This document shows, piece by piece, positions 5,786 to 13,188 of a stretch of DNA of 13,466 nucleotides; position 1 is the first letter of the stretch; the number at the start of each line of letters is the position of its first letter. Source of the stretch: Verrucomicrobiota bacterium (lineage in GTDB: Bacteria; Verrucomicrobiota; Verrucomicrobiia; Chthoniobacterales; UBA6821); NCBI GenBank assembly GCA_008932965.1, contig WBXG01000049.1:1-13466 (forward strand), read 5' to 3'. A program made the translations under genes and the position numbers. The notes below the pieces were generated by a model. It was not told the origin of the DNA, made no database searches, and saw only the letters and a program-made list of their open reading frames with translations.

Positions 5786-7840
5786 ATGTCTGATCAAAAT
5801 CTTTCTCCACAAGAGGGCCCCCTTTCTCCCTTAAAAAACAATAAAGTCCCCAACGATCCTACAAATTGGCGCGGCATTCTCTTAGTTGTCATTGCTCTTG
5901 CGCTCATTGGTGGTGCTTTCTTTTTTAGAGGAAATAATCTTATCTCTTCTGAAGAACTTTCTCTTCCGAAATTTGAAGTATTGTTAAAAGATGGGAAAAT
6001 TATTTCGACCCCAGAGAAACCACTCGAATTGCTTGTGGAAGAAGGAAAAAACACTCAAGCACTGAGTGGATTTTATCTTAAAAAAACACAAAATTCTGCA
6101 GAAGAGATAGCAGTTCCCTTTAAAACAACAGTCTTTATGCCTTTCAACAGCGGCACTCTTGAAAAAGAGTTAAGTGCTGCAGGTATCTCTGTAACGCCTA
6201 AGGCAGAATCCAACATGCTCCTTTCGGCTCTTGTGAGTTTCTTTCCAGTGATTCTCTTCCTGCTAGTTCTTTATTTCTTTTTTCGGTCTCAAATTAAAAT
6301 GGCAGGTAAGAGTGCAATGAGTTTTGGAAAAAGTAAGGCTAAGATGCTTGCCCGAGAAAAAAACAAAATCACATTTAAGGACGTTGCTGGAGTGGAAGAG
6401 GCCAAAGAAGAGGTTCAAGAGCTTGTTGAGTTTCTACGTGATCCCAAACACTTTCAGAAATTGGGAGGTCGTATTCCTAAAGGAGTGCTCATGATTGGTT
6501 CTCCAGGAACTGGTAAGACACTCTTAGCGCGTGCGATAGCTGGAGAAGCCGATGTTCCCTTTTTCAACATTAGTGGTTCTGATTTTGTAGAAATGTTTGT
6601 AGGAGTCGGAGCATCACGTGTCCGTGACATGTTTGAACAAGGGCGCAAATCTGCTCCTTGCCTTATTTTCATTGATGAAATTGATGCCGTGGGACGCCAT
6701 CGTGGTCATGGTGTTGGTGGTGGGCATGATGAGCGCGAGCAGACGCTCAATCAACTTTTAGTAGAGATGGATGGTTTTGATGCTCAAGAAGGGGTCATTA
6801 TTATTGCCGCAACCAATCGTCCCGATGTGCTCGATCCAGCATTACTGCGTCCTGGACGTTTTGATCGCCAAGTAACTATTAGTCTCCCGGATGTTAAAGG
6901 ACGTGAAGAGATCCTCAAAGTCCATGCTAAAAAAGTCAAACTCTCCGAAAAAGTTGACCTTTCACGAATCGCTCGAGGCACTCCTGGGTACTCAGGAGCT
7001 GAACTTGCCAATGTCCTTAATGAGGCTGCTCTGATGGCTGCTCGTAAGGGTTTAAAAGCTATCAACCAGCCAGAGTTAGAGGAGGCACGTGACAAGGTGC
7101 GTTGGGGCAAAGAACGACGTAGTATGGCGATGACGGAGAAAGAAAAGACCACAACTGCCTGGCATGAGGCAGGTCATGCACTGCTTAATGTAGTTCTCGA
7201 ACATACCCATCCTCTACACAAGGTGACAATTATTCCTCGAGGTCAATACCTCGGAGCTACAATGTATCTTCCTGAAAAAGATCAACTCTCCACACAACAA
7301 AAAGAATCACTCGATGGTCTTGTCATGATGATGGGGGGACGCATCGCTGAAGAGATGTTCACTAACGATATCTCTAATGGAGCTGCTGGTGATATTTCGC
7401 AAGCTACTTCGCTGGCTCGTAAAATGGTTTGTGAATGGGGAATGAGCAATCTTGGGATGATTCGCTTTAGCGAAGATAGTGACTATGTCTTTTTTGGACG
7501 AGATATGGCCGGCAAGCGTCAATATAGCGAAGCTACAGCACAACAAATCGATTGCGAAGTGAAGCGCCTCATCGATGAGGCCTATGCACGTGCTTCAAAA
7601 ATGCTTCAAGAAAAAAAAGAGACGGTGGAACTCATCGCAAAAGCTTTGTTGGAATTTGAAACACTCGATGGAGCCCAGGTTGCCGATTTAATTCATCTTG
7701 GTTACATGAAGAACCCTCCTATTGTAGAGCAAAAGCCTCCTCCCATTCCTCCAGCTCCCATGGCTTCTTCGGGAGAAATTTCAAAACCAAGTCTTCCTGA
7801 TTTTCCAACAGGTGGGTTGCCAGCTCCCGTTCCAGCTTAA
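5786..7840 (+). CDS. ftsH: ATP-dependent zinc metalloprotease FtsH
   Basis: It has two TM segments flanking a periplasmic domain. Walker A is GSPGTGKT and Walker B is LIFIDEIDA. The second region of homology is [20 protein letters not shown], and the zinc motif is HEAGHAL. The C-terminal tail is proline-rich. Confidence 0.95.
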   Translation: MSDQNLSPQEGPLSPLKNNKVPNDPTNWRGILLVVIALALIGGAFFFRGNNLISSEELSLPKFEVLLKDGKIISTPEKPLELLVEEGKNTQALSGFYLKKTQNSAEEIAVPFKTTVFMPFNSGTLEKELSAAGISVTPKAESNMLLSALVSFFPVILFLLVLYFFFRSQIKMAGKSAMSFGKSKAKMLAREKNKITFKDVAGVEEAKEEVQELVEFLRDPKHFQKLGGRIPKGVLMIGSPGTGKTLLARAIAGEADVPFFNISGSDFVEMFVGVGASRVRDMFEQGRKSAPCLIFIDEIDAVGRHRGHGVGGGHDEREQTLNQLLVEMDGFDAQEGVIIIAATNRPDVLDPALLRPGRFDRQVTISLPDVKGREEILKVHAKKVKLSEKVDLSRIARGTPGYSGAELANVLNEAALMAARKGLKAINQPELEEARDKVRWGKERRSMAMTEKEKTTTAWHEAGHALLNVVLEHTHPLHKVTIIPRGQYLGATMYLPEKDQLSTQQKESLDGLVMMMGGRIAEEMFTNDISNGAAGDISQATSLARKMVCEWGMSNLGMIRFSEDSDYVFFGRDMAGKRQYSEATAQQIDCEVKRLIDEAYARASKMLQEKKETVELIAKALLEFETLDGAQVADLIHLGYMKNPPIVEQKPPPIPPAPMASSGEISKPSLPDFPTGGLPAPVPA

Positions 7841-7900
7841 AAAGAGATTTCCAAATCATGGAATAGGGATCCCCTTGTTTCGCTGCAATCATATTTCAAC

Positions 7901-8611
7901 GTGAAAGAATTCTATGCCGCTGCTCTTGGGGGCTTTTATTTTCTTGCCATTATTTGTAGTGCTAACGCTCAAGAGGCAAAAGAAGCGAAAAAATCTGCAG
8001 AAGCTCTTCTTTCTCTGGCACGGCTTCGTCCTACGGATCATCCGGTCACCCTCTCTGCAGAAATTCGCGGAGGAGAAGAGCCACTTGTGTTGACCTTTAA
8101 AATTGATGAAGGTCATATCAAGTATCAGCTTCATGATCCTGATGAAACGATCATATTAACCTTAGAGCCTACAACCTCGGTACTCAGCGAAGTCAAAGAT
8201 GGATCCAGAAGTATCATCAGCGATTCAAAACGCTATCAAGAGGTTAGGGGAACGGGTGTTACCTATGATGATCTGTCGCTAAGCTTTCTTTACTGGCCTC
8301 ATCCTCGATTAGCCGGAGAAGAGACCCTTCGCGGAATCAGCACTGCAATAATTGAACTCAATCCTCCTTCCCAGTCAACAACCCCTTACGGAAGTGCTCG
8401 TCTTTGGATTGATCCAAAGAGTGGTGCTCCAATTCGTATGGAAGGATGGAACCACCAGGGGCAACTCATCAAACGTTTTGAAGTGATTTCTGCTCAAAAA
8501 ATTGATCGACTCTGGATGCTCAAAGAAATGCGCATTGAATCTCTAGATCCAGCAACAGGAAAAGTAACGCAACGACGGTATTTAACACTTCATTCCAATG
8601 ATTCACGGTAA
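7901..8611 (+). CDS. Secreted LolA-like / outer-membrane lipoprotein-sorting family protein (putative)
   Basis: GTG start. The N-terminal signal peptide is MKEFYAAALGGFYFLAIICSANA|QE. The C-terminal pattern GVTYDDLSLSF ... LWIDPKSGAPIRMEGWNHQGQLIKRFEV ... WMLKEMRIE resembles the LolA_like fold family as I recall it. No database check was possible. Confidence 0.55.
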   Translation: MKEFYAAALGGFYFLAIICSANAQEAKEAKKSAEALLSLARLRPTDHPVTLSAEIRGGEEPLVLTFKIDEGHIKYQLHDPDETIILTLEPTTSVLSEVKDGSRSIISDSKRYQEVRGTGVTYDDLSLSFLYWPHPRLAGEETLRGISTAIIELNPPSQSTTPYGSARLWIDPKSGAPIRMEGWNHQGQLIKRFEVISAQKIDRLWMLKEMRIESLDPATGKVTQRRYLTLHSNDSR

Positions 8612-8709
8612 CCCGCATATTTCATACCGATTCTGCTGCGGCTTGCGAACACCTGATGGATACTGCGTCAGCCTCGAATTGCTCCTCAGGCAGTATGAAA
8701 TATCCGGGC
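8611..8709 (-). mobile_element. MITE-like element D: short (about 100 bp) internally deleted member of the repeat family, inverted relative to element E
   Basis: The TIRs CCCGCATATTTCATAC (8612-8627) and GTATGAAATATCCGGG (8693-8708) pair at 15 of 16 positions. The reverse complement aligns to the left TIR plus the right 80 bp of 12925-13147, and to copy A. The element fills the whole gap between two convergent stop codons. Confidence 0.8.
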
Positions 8710-9291
8710 TCATTTAATCAATTGATAACGAAATCGTTTGTCATACTTACCCCCAGCATGTTTTCGACAACAGCTTAGGCAGGCAATATCACGACAGGGT
8801 CTTCGGACACGACTTAATACTTCATTGCATGTAGGACAGCGGTAAAAAAATTTCCGCTTCTGCTTGCTCCTTACAAAAGGTAGTTGGTGGGTTGTTTTTT
8901 CTCCTGGAATACCAAGGTCGATGCAGGCTTGGTGCCATTCTTTTCCATGAGGAGCGATACGTTTTGTTCCGGAACGATCACGCGCAAGCAGATGAGCAAG
9001 CTCATGCTTCAAGGTTTTTTCTATTTCGACTTCGGAAATCGTCTTGAGTGCAGGATTTAACAAAATTTCCCAAGTATGATAGAACGCTAGCCCAGCGGTT
9101 GTTCGCAGTCTCGGATTCCAACGGACACCTACTCGTTCTGCTAATGCTGGAGCATGAGTTTGTAGAAGCTCCCAGGCTTTTTTTTCTAACATTTCATCAC
9201 GCTGACCTTGAACGTGTCTCTTTGTTTTGATGATCGACGTTGGCTTAGAGGGAGGGTTAATAAAATGACGAATAATCTTTCGAAGAGACAT
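8710..9291 (-). CDS. SprT-like zinc metalloprotease-domain protein with a C-terminal Cys-rich zinc ribbon
   Basis: HELAHLL is an HExxH motif within a SprT-like context (LNPAL ... KHELAHLL). The C-terminus has the paired CxxC motifs CPTCNEV ... CLSCC. It lies 13 bp downstream of the cysteine desulfurase gene on the same strand. Confidence 0.7.
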   Translation of the reverse strand: MSLRKIIRHFINPPSKPTSIIKTKRHVQGQRDEMLEKKAWELLQTHAPALAERVGVRWNPRLRTTAGLAFYHTWEILLNPALKTISEVEIEKTLKHELAHLLARDRSGTKRIAPHGKEWHQACIDLGIPGEKTTHQLPFVRSKQKRKFFYRCPTCNEVLSRVRRPCRDIACLSCCRKHAGGKYDKRFRYQLIK

Positions 9292-9304
9292 CGGGAGTCA
9301 AGTA

Positions 9305-10462
9305 TCACGTTGTGGAGTGCTGTTTTTTTAACACTTTTTCTAAAGCAGTCACTGTTCCATTAATATCAGCTTCAGTTGTCTGTCGTCCTAAGGAAAAACG
9401 AACTGCCGCTTGAGCTTCTTGAGGAGGGACTCCCATGGCTTGTAACACATGGAATGATTGAATCGATCCAACCATGCAGGCAGAGCCACTAGAAACAGCA
9501 ACTCCCTCTAAATCGAGTGCAATAATAAGTGTTTCACCATCCGTCAAAGGAAAATGGATGTTGAGTGTGTTAGAGAGTGTGTGTTGAGGATCTCCATGAC
9601 GTACTGCTGTAGGATAAATCATTTGAATGCCTTTCCAGAGCATCTCTCTGAGACTCTGCTGGCGCTGGGCTTCACATTTGGATTCAACTTCAGCAAGTGC
9701 TACTTTTGCAGCCGCTGTCATTCCTATGATGCTGGCAACATCCTCCGTTCCAGGGCGTCGTTCATTCTCTTGGAACCCACCATGGTGAATCGCATGAATA
9801 GAAACTCCTGAACGCAGCCAGAGGAGTCCCACACCTTTGGGTCCATAAAATTTATGTGCTGCTATGGAGAGAGCGTCGACTCCTAGCTCATATGGCATGC
9901 AGCGACGTTTTCCAAAAGTCTGAACAGCATCCGAGTGAAACAAAACACCATGGGTGCGACACATCGCAGCAAGTTCTGGGATAGGTTGAATAACCCCAGT
10001 TTCATTATTGGCTTCCATGATCGAAACCAAAATTGTCTCAGGTCGTAATGCTTCCTCCAACATTCTAGGATCAACGACTCCTTCATGATTGACTGGTAAG
10101 AGGGTCAATTCAAAGCCCTCATGATCACGTAAAAACTCCATTGCATGTAAGACAGCATGATGTTCTGTAGCCACGGTGATGAGATGGTTTCCTCGTGCTC
10201 GATGGCGTCTTGCTAATCCTAAAAGAGCAAGATTATCACTCTCCGTTCCTCCTCCGGTAAAAATAATTTCATGCGACTTTGCTCCAAGCCAATGGGCCCA
10301 ATGATCACGAGATGCATCGATAGCAGCTCGTACTTGACGTCCTGCATAATGAATACTGGAAGGATTACCATACCCTCCATTGTCACCCTTGAGCCACGGA
10401 AGCATCGCTTCGAAAGCCTCCTGGCATAAAGGAGTGGTAGCATTGTAATCAAGGTAAATCAT
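9305..10462 (-). CDS. nifS: Cysteine desulfurase, NifS/IscS family (class V aminotransferase, 385 aa)
   Basis: The N-terminus is MIYLDYNATTP. The PLP-lysine motif is SIAAHKFYGPKGVG and the catalytic cysteine loop is SSGSACMVGS. The length and the missing C-terminal extension fit NifS-like group I enzymes. Confidence 0.9.
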   Translation of the reverse strand: MIYLDYNATTPLCQEAFEAMLPWLKGDNGGYGNPSSIHYAGRQVRAAIDASRDHWAHWLGAKSHEIIFTGGGTESDNLALLGLARRHRARGNHLITVATEHHAVLHAMEFLRDHEGFELTLLPVNHEGVVDPRMLEEALRPETILVSIMEANNETGVIQPIPELAAMCRTHGVLFHSDAVQTFGKRRCMPYELGVDALSIAAHKFYGPKGVGLLWLRSGVSIHAIHHGGFQENERRPGTEDVASIIGMTAAAKVALAEVESKCEAQRQQSLREMLWKGIQMIYPTAVRHGDPQHTLSNTLNIHFPLTDGETLIIALDLEGVAVSSGSACMVGSIQSFHVLQAMGVPPQEAQAAVRFSLGRQTTEADINGTVTALEKVLKKQHSTT

Positions 10463-10567
10463 GACGAAGGTAAAATAGGTACTGGAAAGATTATCCTATC
10501 AAGTTGAATCATAATAGAAAATAGGGTTTCTAGGTTGGATATATCATTTTGATCACCTGCGGAGACC

Positions 10568-10668
10568 AGGATGTCAGATAGATGCTGTGCCCAAGCTCGA
10601 AGTTTTCCTAGCCCGGATATTTCATACCGATTGTGACGAGGAGGCCGCAAAGACTGATGGGGCAAATT
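10568..10668 (+). repeat. Repeat-family fragment C2: partial inverted copy joined to a left-end copy (right boundary uncertain, about 10648-10668)
   Basis: AGGATGTCAGATAGATGCTGTGCCCAAGCTCGAAGTTTTCC (10568-10608) resembles the interior of element D. It is followed by TA and then GCCCGGATATTTCATACCGATTGTGACGAGGAGGCCGC (10611-10648), which matches 12927-12963. Confidence 0.6.
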
Positions 10669-10737
10669 AGGCGAGTTAATACAGTGCTTCTTTCATCCCC
10701 TTTTTAATGGAATTCACTACAGAATCCAAAAATGTTC

Positions 10738-12018
10738 CTACCGTTTAAAAGAATGAAGTCGTTGAGCCAGCCCTAAAGGAACAATGGCATCGATCATGCT
10801 TGTTTCTCCATCGTAATGAAGGCTCGTCACATGCCCGTTGCGGTAGATTTCTGCAAGAAGAGCACTTTGCTCTGGAGGAAAAGCATACGATCCTTGGGTA
10901 CGAGTGCGTGCAAGACGATTTTCCAGCTCATGAATGAATGCATCGATTCCACGTTGAGATAGGGCGGAAATGGCCACACTTCCAGGAAAGCGGGCCAATT
11001 GAGTTTGAACGAGTGCTGGATATTTCAGTTGATCAATTTTATTAAAAACGAGCAAAGTTTCTTTTTCTGCAGCCCCAAGTTCTGCCAATATTTTTTCAAC
11101 TGCTTCTATTTGTTCGAGGTATTGTGGATGACTGAGATCGACAACATGAATTAAGAGGTCGGCAAGCTCGACCTCCTCCAATGTCGCTTTGAAAGACTCA
11201 ATTAACGTATGCGGTAATTTTCGAATAAAACCGACAGTGTCAGTGAGTAGGATTTTTTGATGATTCGGAAGAATGCAGTGTCGTGTGGTTGGATCCAGTG
11301 TTGCAAAGAGTTTGTCCTCGGCTAATACATCTGCATGGGTGAGAAGATTGAGGAGTGAGGATTTTCCAGCATTAGTATAGCCAACTAAAGAAACTAAAGG
11401 CCAATGGCGACGCAGCCGACCTTCTCGTTGAATAGTACGAACTTGGCGCACTCCACGCAGATCTTCTTTTAAACGTGAAATACGTTCTTGAACACGGCGT
11501 CGGTCCACTTCGAGCTGTGTTTCTCCTGGACCACGCGTACCTATGCCTCCCGTCTGACGTGAAAGATGTCCCCACATACGAGTGAGCCGTGGTAACAAAT
11601 ATTGAAGTTGGGCGAGTTCCACTTGAAGTCGTCCTTCACGCGAGCGTGCACGAGCTGCAAAAATATCGAGGATCAGTTGGGTCCGATCTAAGACTTTGCA
11701 CGATAAAAGAACCTCTAAATTACGTCCTTGAGCTGGTGTTAATTCATCATCAAAAATAATAGAAGATGCCTCGTGCATTATTGCAAGAGGAAGTAACTCC
11801 TCCGCTTTTCCTTTACCTATGTAGTAGGGAGCTGTGGGATGCTCTAGTTTTTGAGTGACGATTTCTACGACTTTGGCACCAGCCGTGCGTGCCAACTCTC
11901 CGAGTTCTTGGAGTGATTCAAGAAGTTCCCATCTACTTTTTCCCGCCCGCTCTAAACCTACTAAAATTGTTTTTTCAACAGATTGCTTTTTAAATGTGGG
12001 AAGTAAATGTGATGGCAT
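10738..12018 (-). CDS. hflX: GTPase HflX
   Basis: An HflX N-terminal domain is followed by a GTPase domain. G1 is GYTNAGKSSLLN, G3 is DTVGF and G4 is NKID. ATG start, 426 aa. Confidence 0.95.
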   Translation of the reverse strand: MPSHLLPTFKKQSVEKTILVGLERAGKSRWELLESLQELGELARTAGAKVVEIVTQKLEHPTAPYYIGKGKAEELLPLAIMHEASSIIFDDELTPAQGRNLEVLLSCKVLDRTQLILDIFAARARSREGRLQVELAQLQYLLPRLTRMWGHLSRQTGGIGTRGPGETQLEVDRRRVQERISRLKEDLRGVRQVRTIQREGRLRRHWPLVSLVGYTNAGKSSLLNLLTHADVLAEDKLFATLDPTTRHCILPNHQKILLTDTVGFIRKLPHTLIESFKATLEEVELADLLIHVVDLSHPQYLEQIEAVEKILAELGAAEKETLLVFNKIDQLKYPALVQTQLARFPGSVAISALSQRGIDAFIHELENRLARTRTQGSYAFPPEQSALLAEIYRNGHVTSLHYDGETSMIDAIVPLGLAQRLHSFKR

Positions 12019-12162
12019 GTTGCTATTTGTATTTTCCTGTTGGGAAAAAGAACTTGATCATCTCGGGGAAAAAAATAGTCTGTAAAAAGTGAAGTGTCCT
12101 AGTTGAAAACCGCAGAGAGTCCTTATTACAGTTCCAACATTAAAAACTAAAGTTACTTATTT

Positions 12163-12927
12163 ATGAAACTTATTTCACAACTATTTCCTACATGCTTAAG
12201 AATACTGACCATGGCTCTCATTATGATGGGTGGAGCCTCTTCTCAGGCACAAACAGCTCCTTTATGCGATACTAAGATCATCGAGCTCACGATTGGTGAT
12301 TATCAAGAGTTCCAAAAAGAAACAGCTCCTGATCAAGATGAGGATGATAGTACACTTGACCTCACTGCTATTAAAATGGATTGGACTTCTCAGCAGTCAA
12401 AAGATTTCCTCCAATGGAAAAATGATTCTAGTTCTGAGTATTCCTACCGTTTTCTTGACCCCTATGAGTTCACTTTGTGTCGTATCGATAGAATATTGAC
12501 TCAATGGCCTCAATGGGTTTGTAAAGATGGGGAGCTCCTCCTTGATCCTACCGTTAATGGGGATGTTGGTGGGCTAAGCCTTTATCAAATTGTTAACACA
12601 CCTCCCTCTAGTTCTAGAACTGATGGTGTTACCGATTCTTCAGACCATAGTGCTCAACCAGATGCTCCCTCTTCGACATCGGATAACCAGCCTGCCAGTA
12701 ACAATAACTCATGGTTCACAACCAGAAATATGGTCATTGCGGGTGGTATTATACTTTGCCTGCTCTTAGGTGTAGCAGGTGCTCTTTCATATGGAGCTAC
12801 AGTTGGAGTAGCTGCTGGAAGTGTAGATGCTGCTACTTTTGTAGCTGGAAGTGGAGAAGCTGCAACTGTAGTAGCTAAAAGTGAATTAGCTGAGGTAGTC
12901 ACTCCTTCAGTTTTGAAGACGCCTTAG
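12163..12927 (+). CDS. Hypothetical type-I membrane protein: signal peptide, about 110-aa Cys-containing domain, S/T/P/D-rich linker, TM helix, A/G/V-rich tail
   Basis: The ORF is long and runs from an ATG, with a hydrophobic N-terminus (LRILTMALIMMGGASSQAQ) and a predicted TM helix, MVIAGGIILCLLLGVAGALSYGA. I recognise no family. The TAG stop overlaps the TA flank and first base of element E. Confidence 0.6.
   Translation: MKLISQLFPTCLRILTMALIMMGGASSQAQTAPLCDTKIIELTIGDYQEFQKETAPDQDEDDSTLDLTAIKMDWTSQQSKDFLQWKNDSSSEYSYRFLDPYEFTLCRIDRILTQWPQWVCKDGELLLDPTVNGDVGGLSLYQIVNTPPSSSRTDGVTDSSDHSAQPDAPSSTSDNQPASNNNSWFTTRNMVIAGGIILCLLLGVAGALSYGATVGVAAGSVDAATFVAGSGEAATVVAKSELAEVVTPSVLKTP
12808..12897 (+). 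repeat. Degenerate in-frame tandem repeat (33/30/27 bp units) within the C-terminal tail of the hypothetical protein
   Basis: The units begin with GTAGCT at 12808, 12841 and 12871: GTAGCTGCTGGAAGTG..., GTAGCTGGAAGTGGAG..., GTAGCTAAAAGTGAAT.... They encode VAAGSVDAATF / VAGSGEAATV / VAKSELAEV. Confidence 0.4.
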
Positions 12928-13147
12928 CCCGGATTTTCATACTGATCGTGACGAGGAGGCCGCTGGGGAACAGCCCTAGACAGCCCTGAAAGGGCGAGAC
13001 GAGCGGGAGCGAGCGAAGTCAACGCAGACACATATTTTGACTCAGGGCTGTAAGAGTCCCTACTGCCCGAGGAGCAATTCGAAGCTGACGCAGTATCCAT
13101 CAGGCGTTCGCAATCCGCAGCAGAATAGGTATGAAATAGGAGGGCTA
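12925..13147 (+). mobile_element. MITE-like element E: longest (about 220 bp) member of the repeat family, TA-flanked, non-coding
   Basis: - Left end: TA + GCCCGGATTTTCATAC (12927-12942).
- Right end: GTATGAAATAGGAGGGC (13129-13145) + TA.
- The left 37 bp match C2.
- The right 80 bp match D (inverted) and A.
- The interior carries the tandem 10-mers CAGCCCTAGA/CAGCCCTGAA (12971-12990) and a perfect 9-bp inverted repeat, CAGCCCTGA (12981-12989) / TCAGGGCTG (13042-13050). Confidence 0.8.
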
Positions 13148-13188
13148 GTTCCAATTACGGAAACTACATAGATTGAGGAGCATCAGCT

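Noticed and set aside
723-7546. Numerous 60-120-aa ORFs antisense to or out of frame with nuoG, the GT fusion, DUF2334 and ftsH (for example 949-1221, 2342-2626, 6784-7152, 7307-7546)
   Set aside because: Each is fully embedded in a long CDS with strong family motifs. They have biased, low-complexity translations and no independent support.
7841-7900. Small hairpin TTCCA-AATCA-TGGAA after ftsH as a terminator
   Set aside because: It has a 5-bp AT-containing stem and no T-tract. The downstream LolA-like gene is only 60 bp away, so co-transcription is just as plausible.
8710-10462. The nifS/SprT-like pair as a possible toxin-antitoxin or defence-type module
   Set aside because: NifS is a standard PLP cysteine desulfurase, and the SprT-like protein is a common housekeeping-type zinc protein. 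The sizes and motifs do not fit known TA or defence architectures, and the adjacency (13-bp gap) only suggests co-transcription.
10459-10665. Apparent ATGA stop/start overlap between the 68-aa ORF and nifS, which could suggest translational coupling
   Set aside because: An ATG followed by A always creates a TGA in the +1 frame. An open stretch of 68 codons is not unusual by chance across six frames, and the ORF is repeat-derived with no credible start.
1-13147. Possibility that the recurring roughly 17-nt GCCCGGATATTTCATAC motifs are a CRISPR array or CRISPR remnants
   Set aside because: The copies are kilobases apart, occur in both orientations as inverted pairs, have no regular repeat-spacer periodicity, and have no cas genes nearby.
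12924-13154. 76-aa minus-strand ORF inside element E. It shares the peptide RPPRH(D/N)(Q/R)YE with the 68-aa ORF at 10459-10665.
   Set aside because: The shared peptide only reflects the shared repeat DNA (CGTGACGAGGAGGCCGC read in reverse). Both ORFs start at TTG in the track, have low-complexity composition, and are absent from the other copies (A, B, D). I treat them as non-coding.
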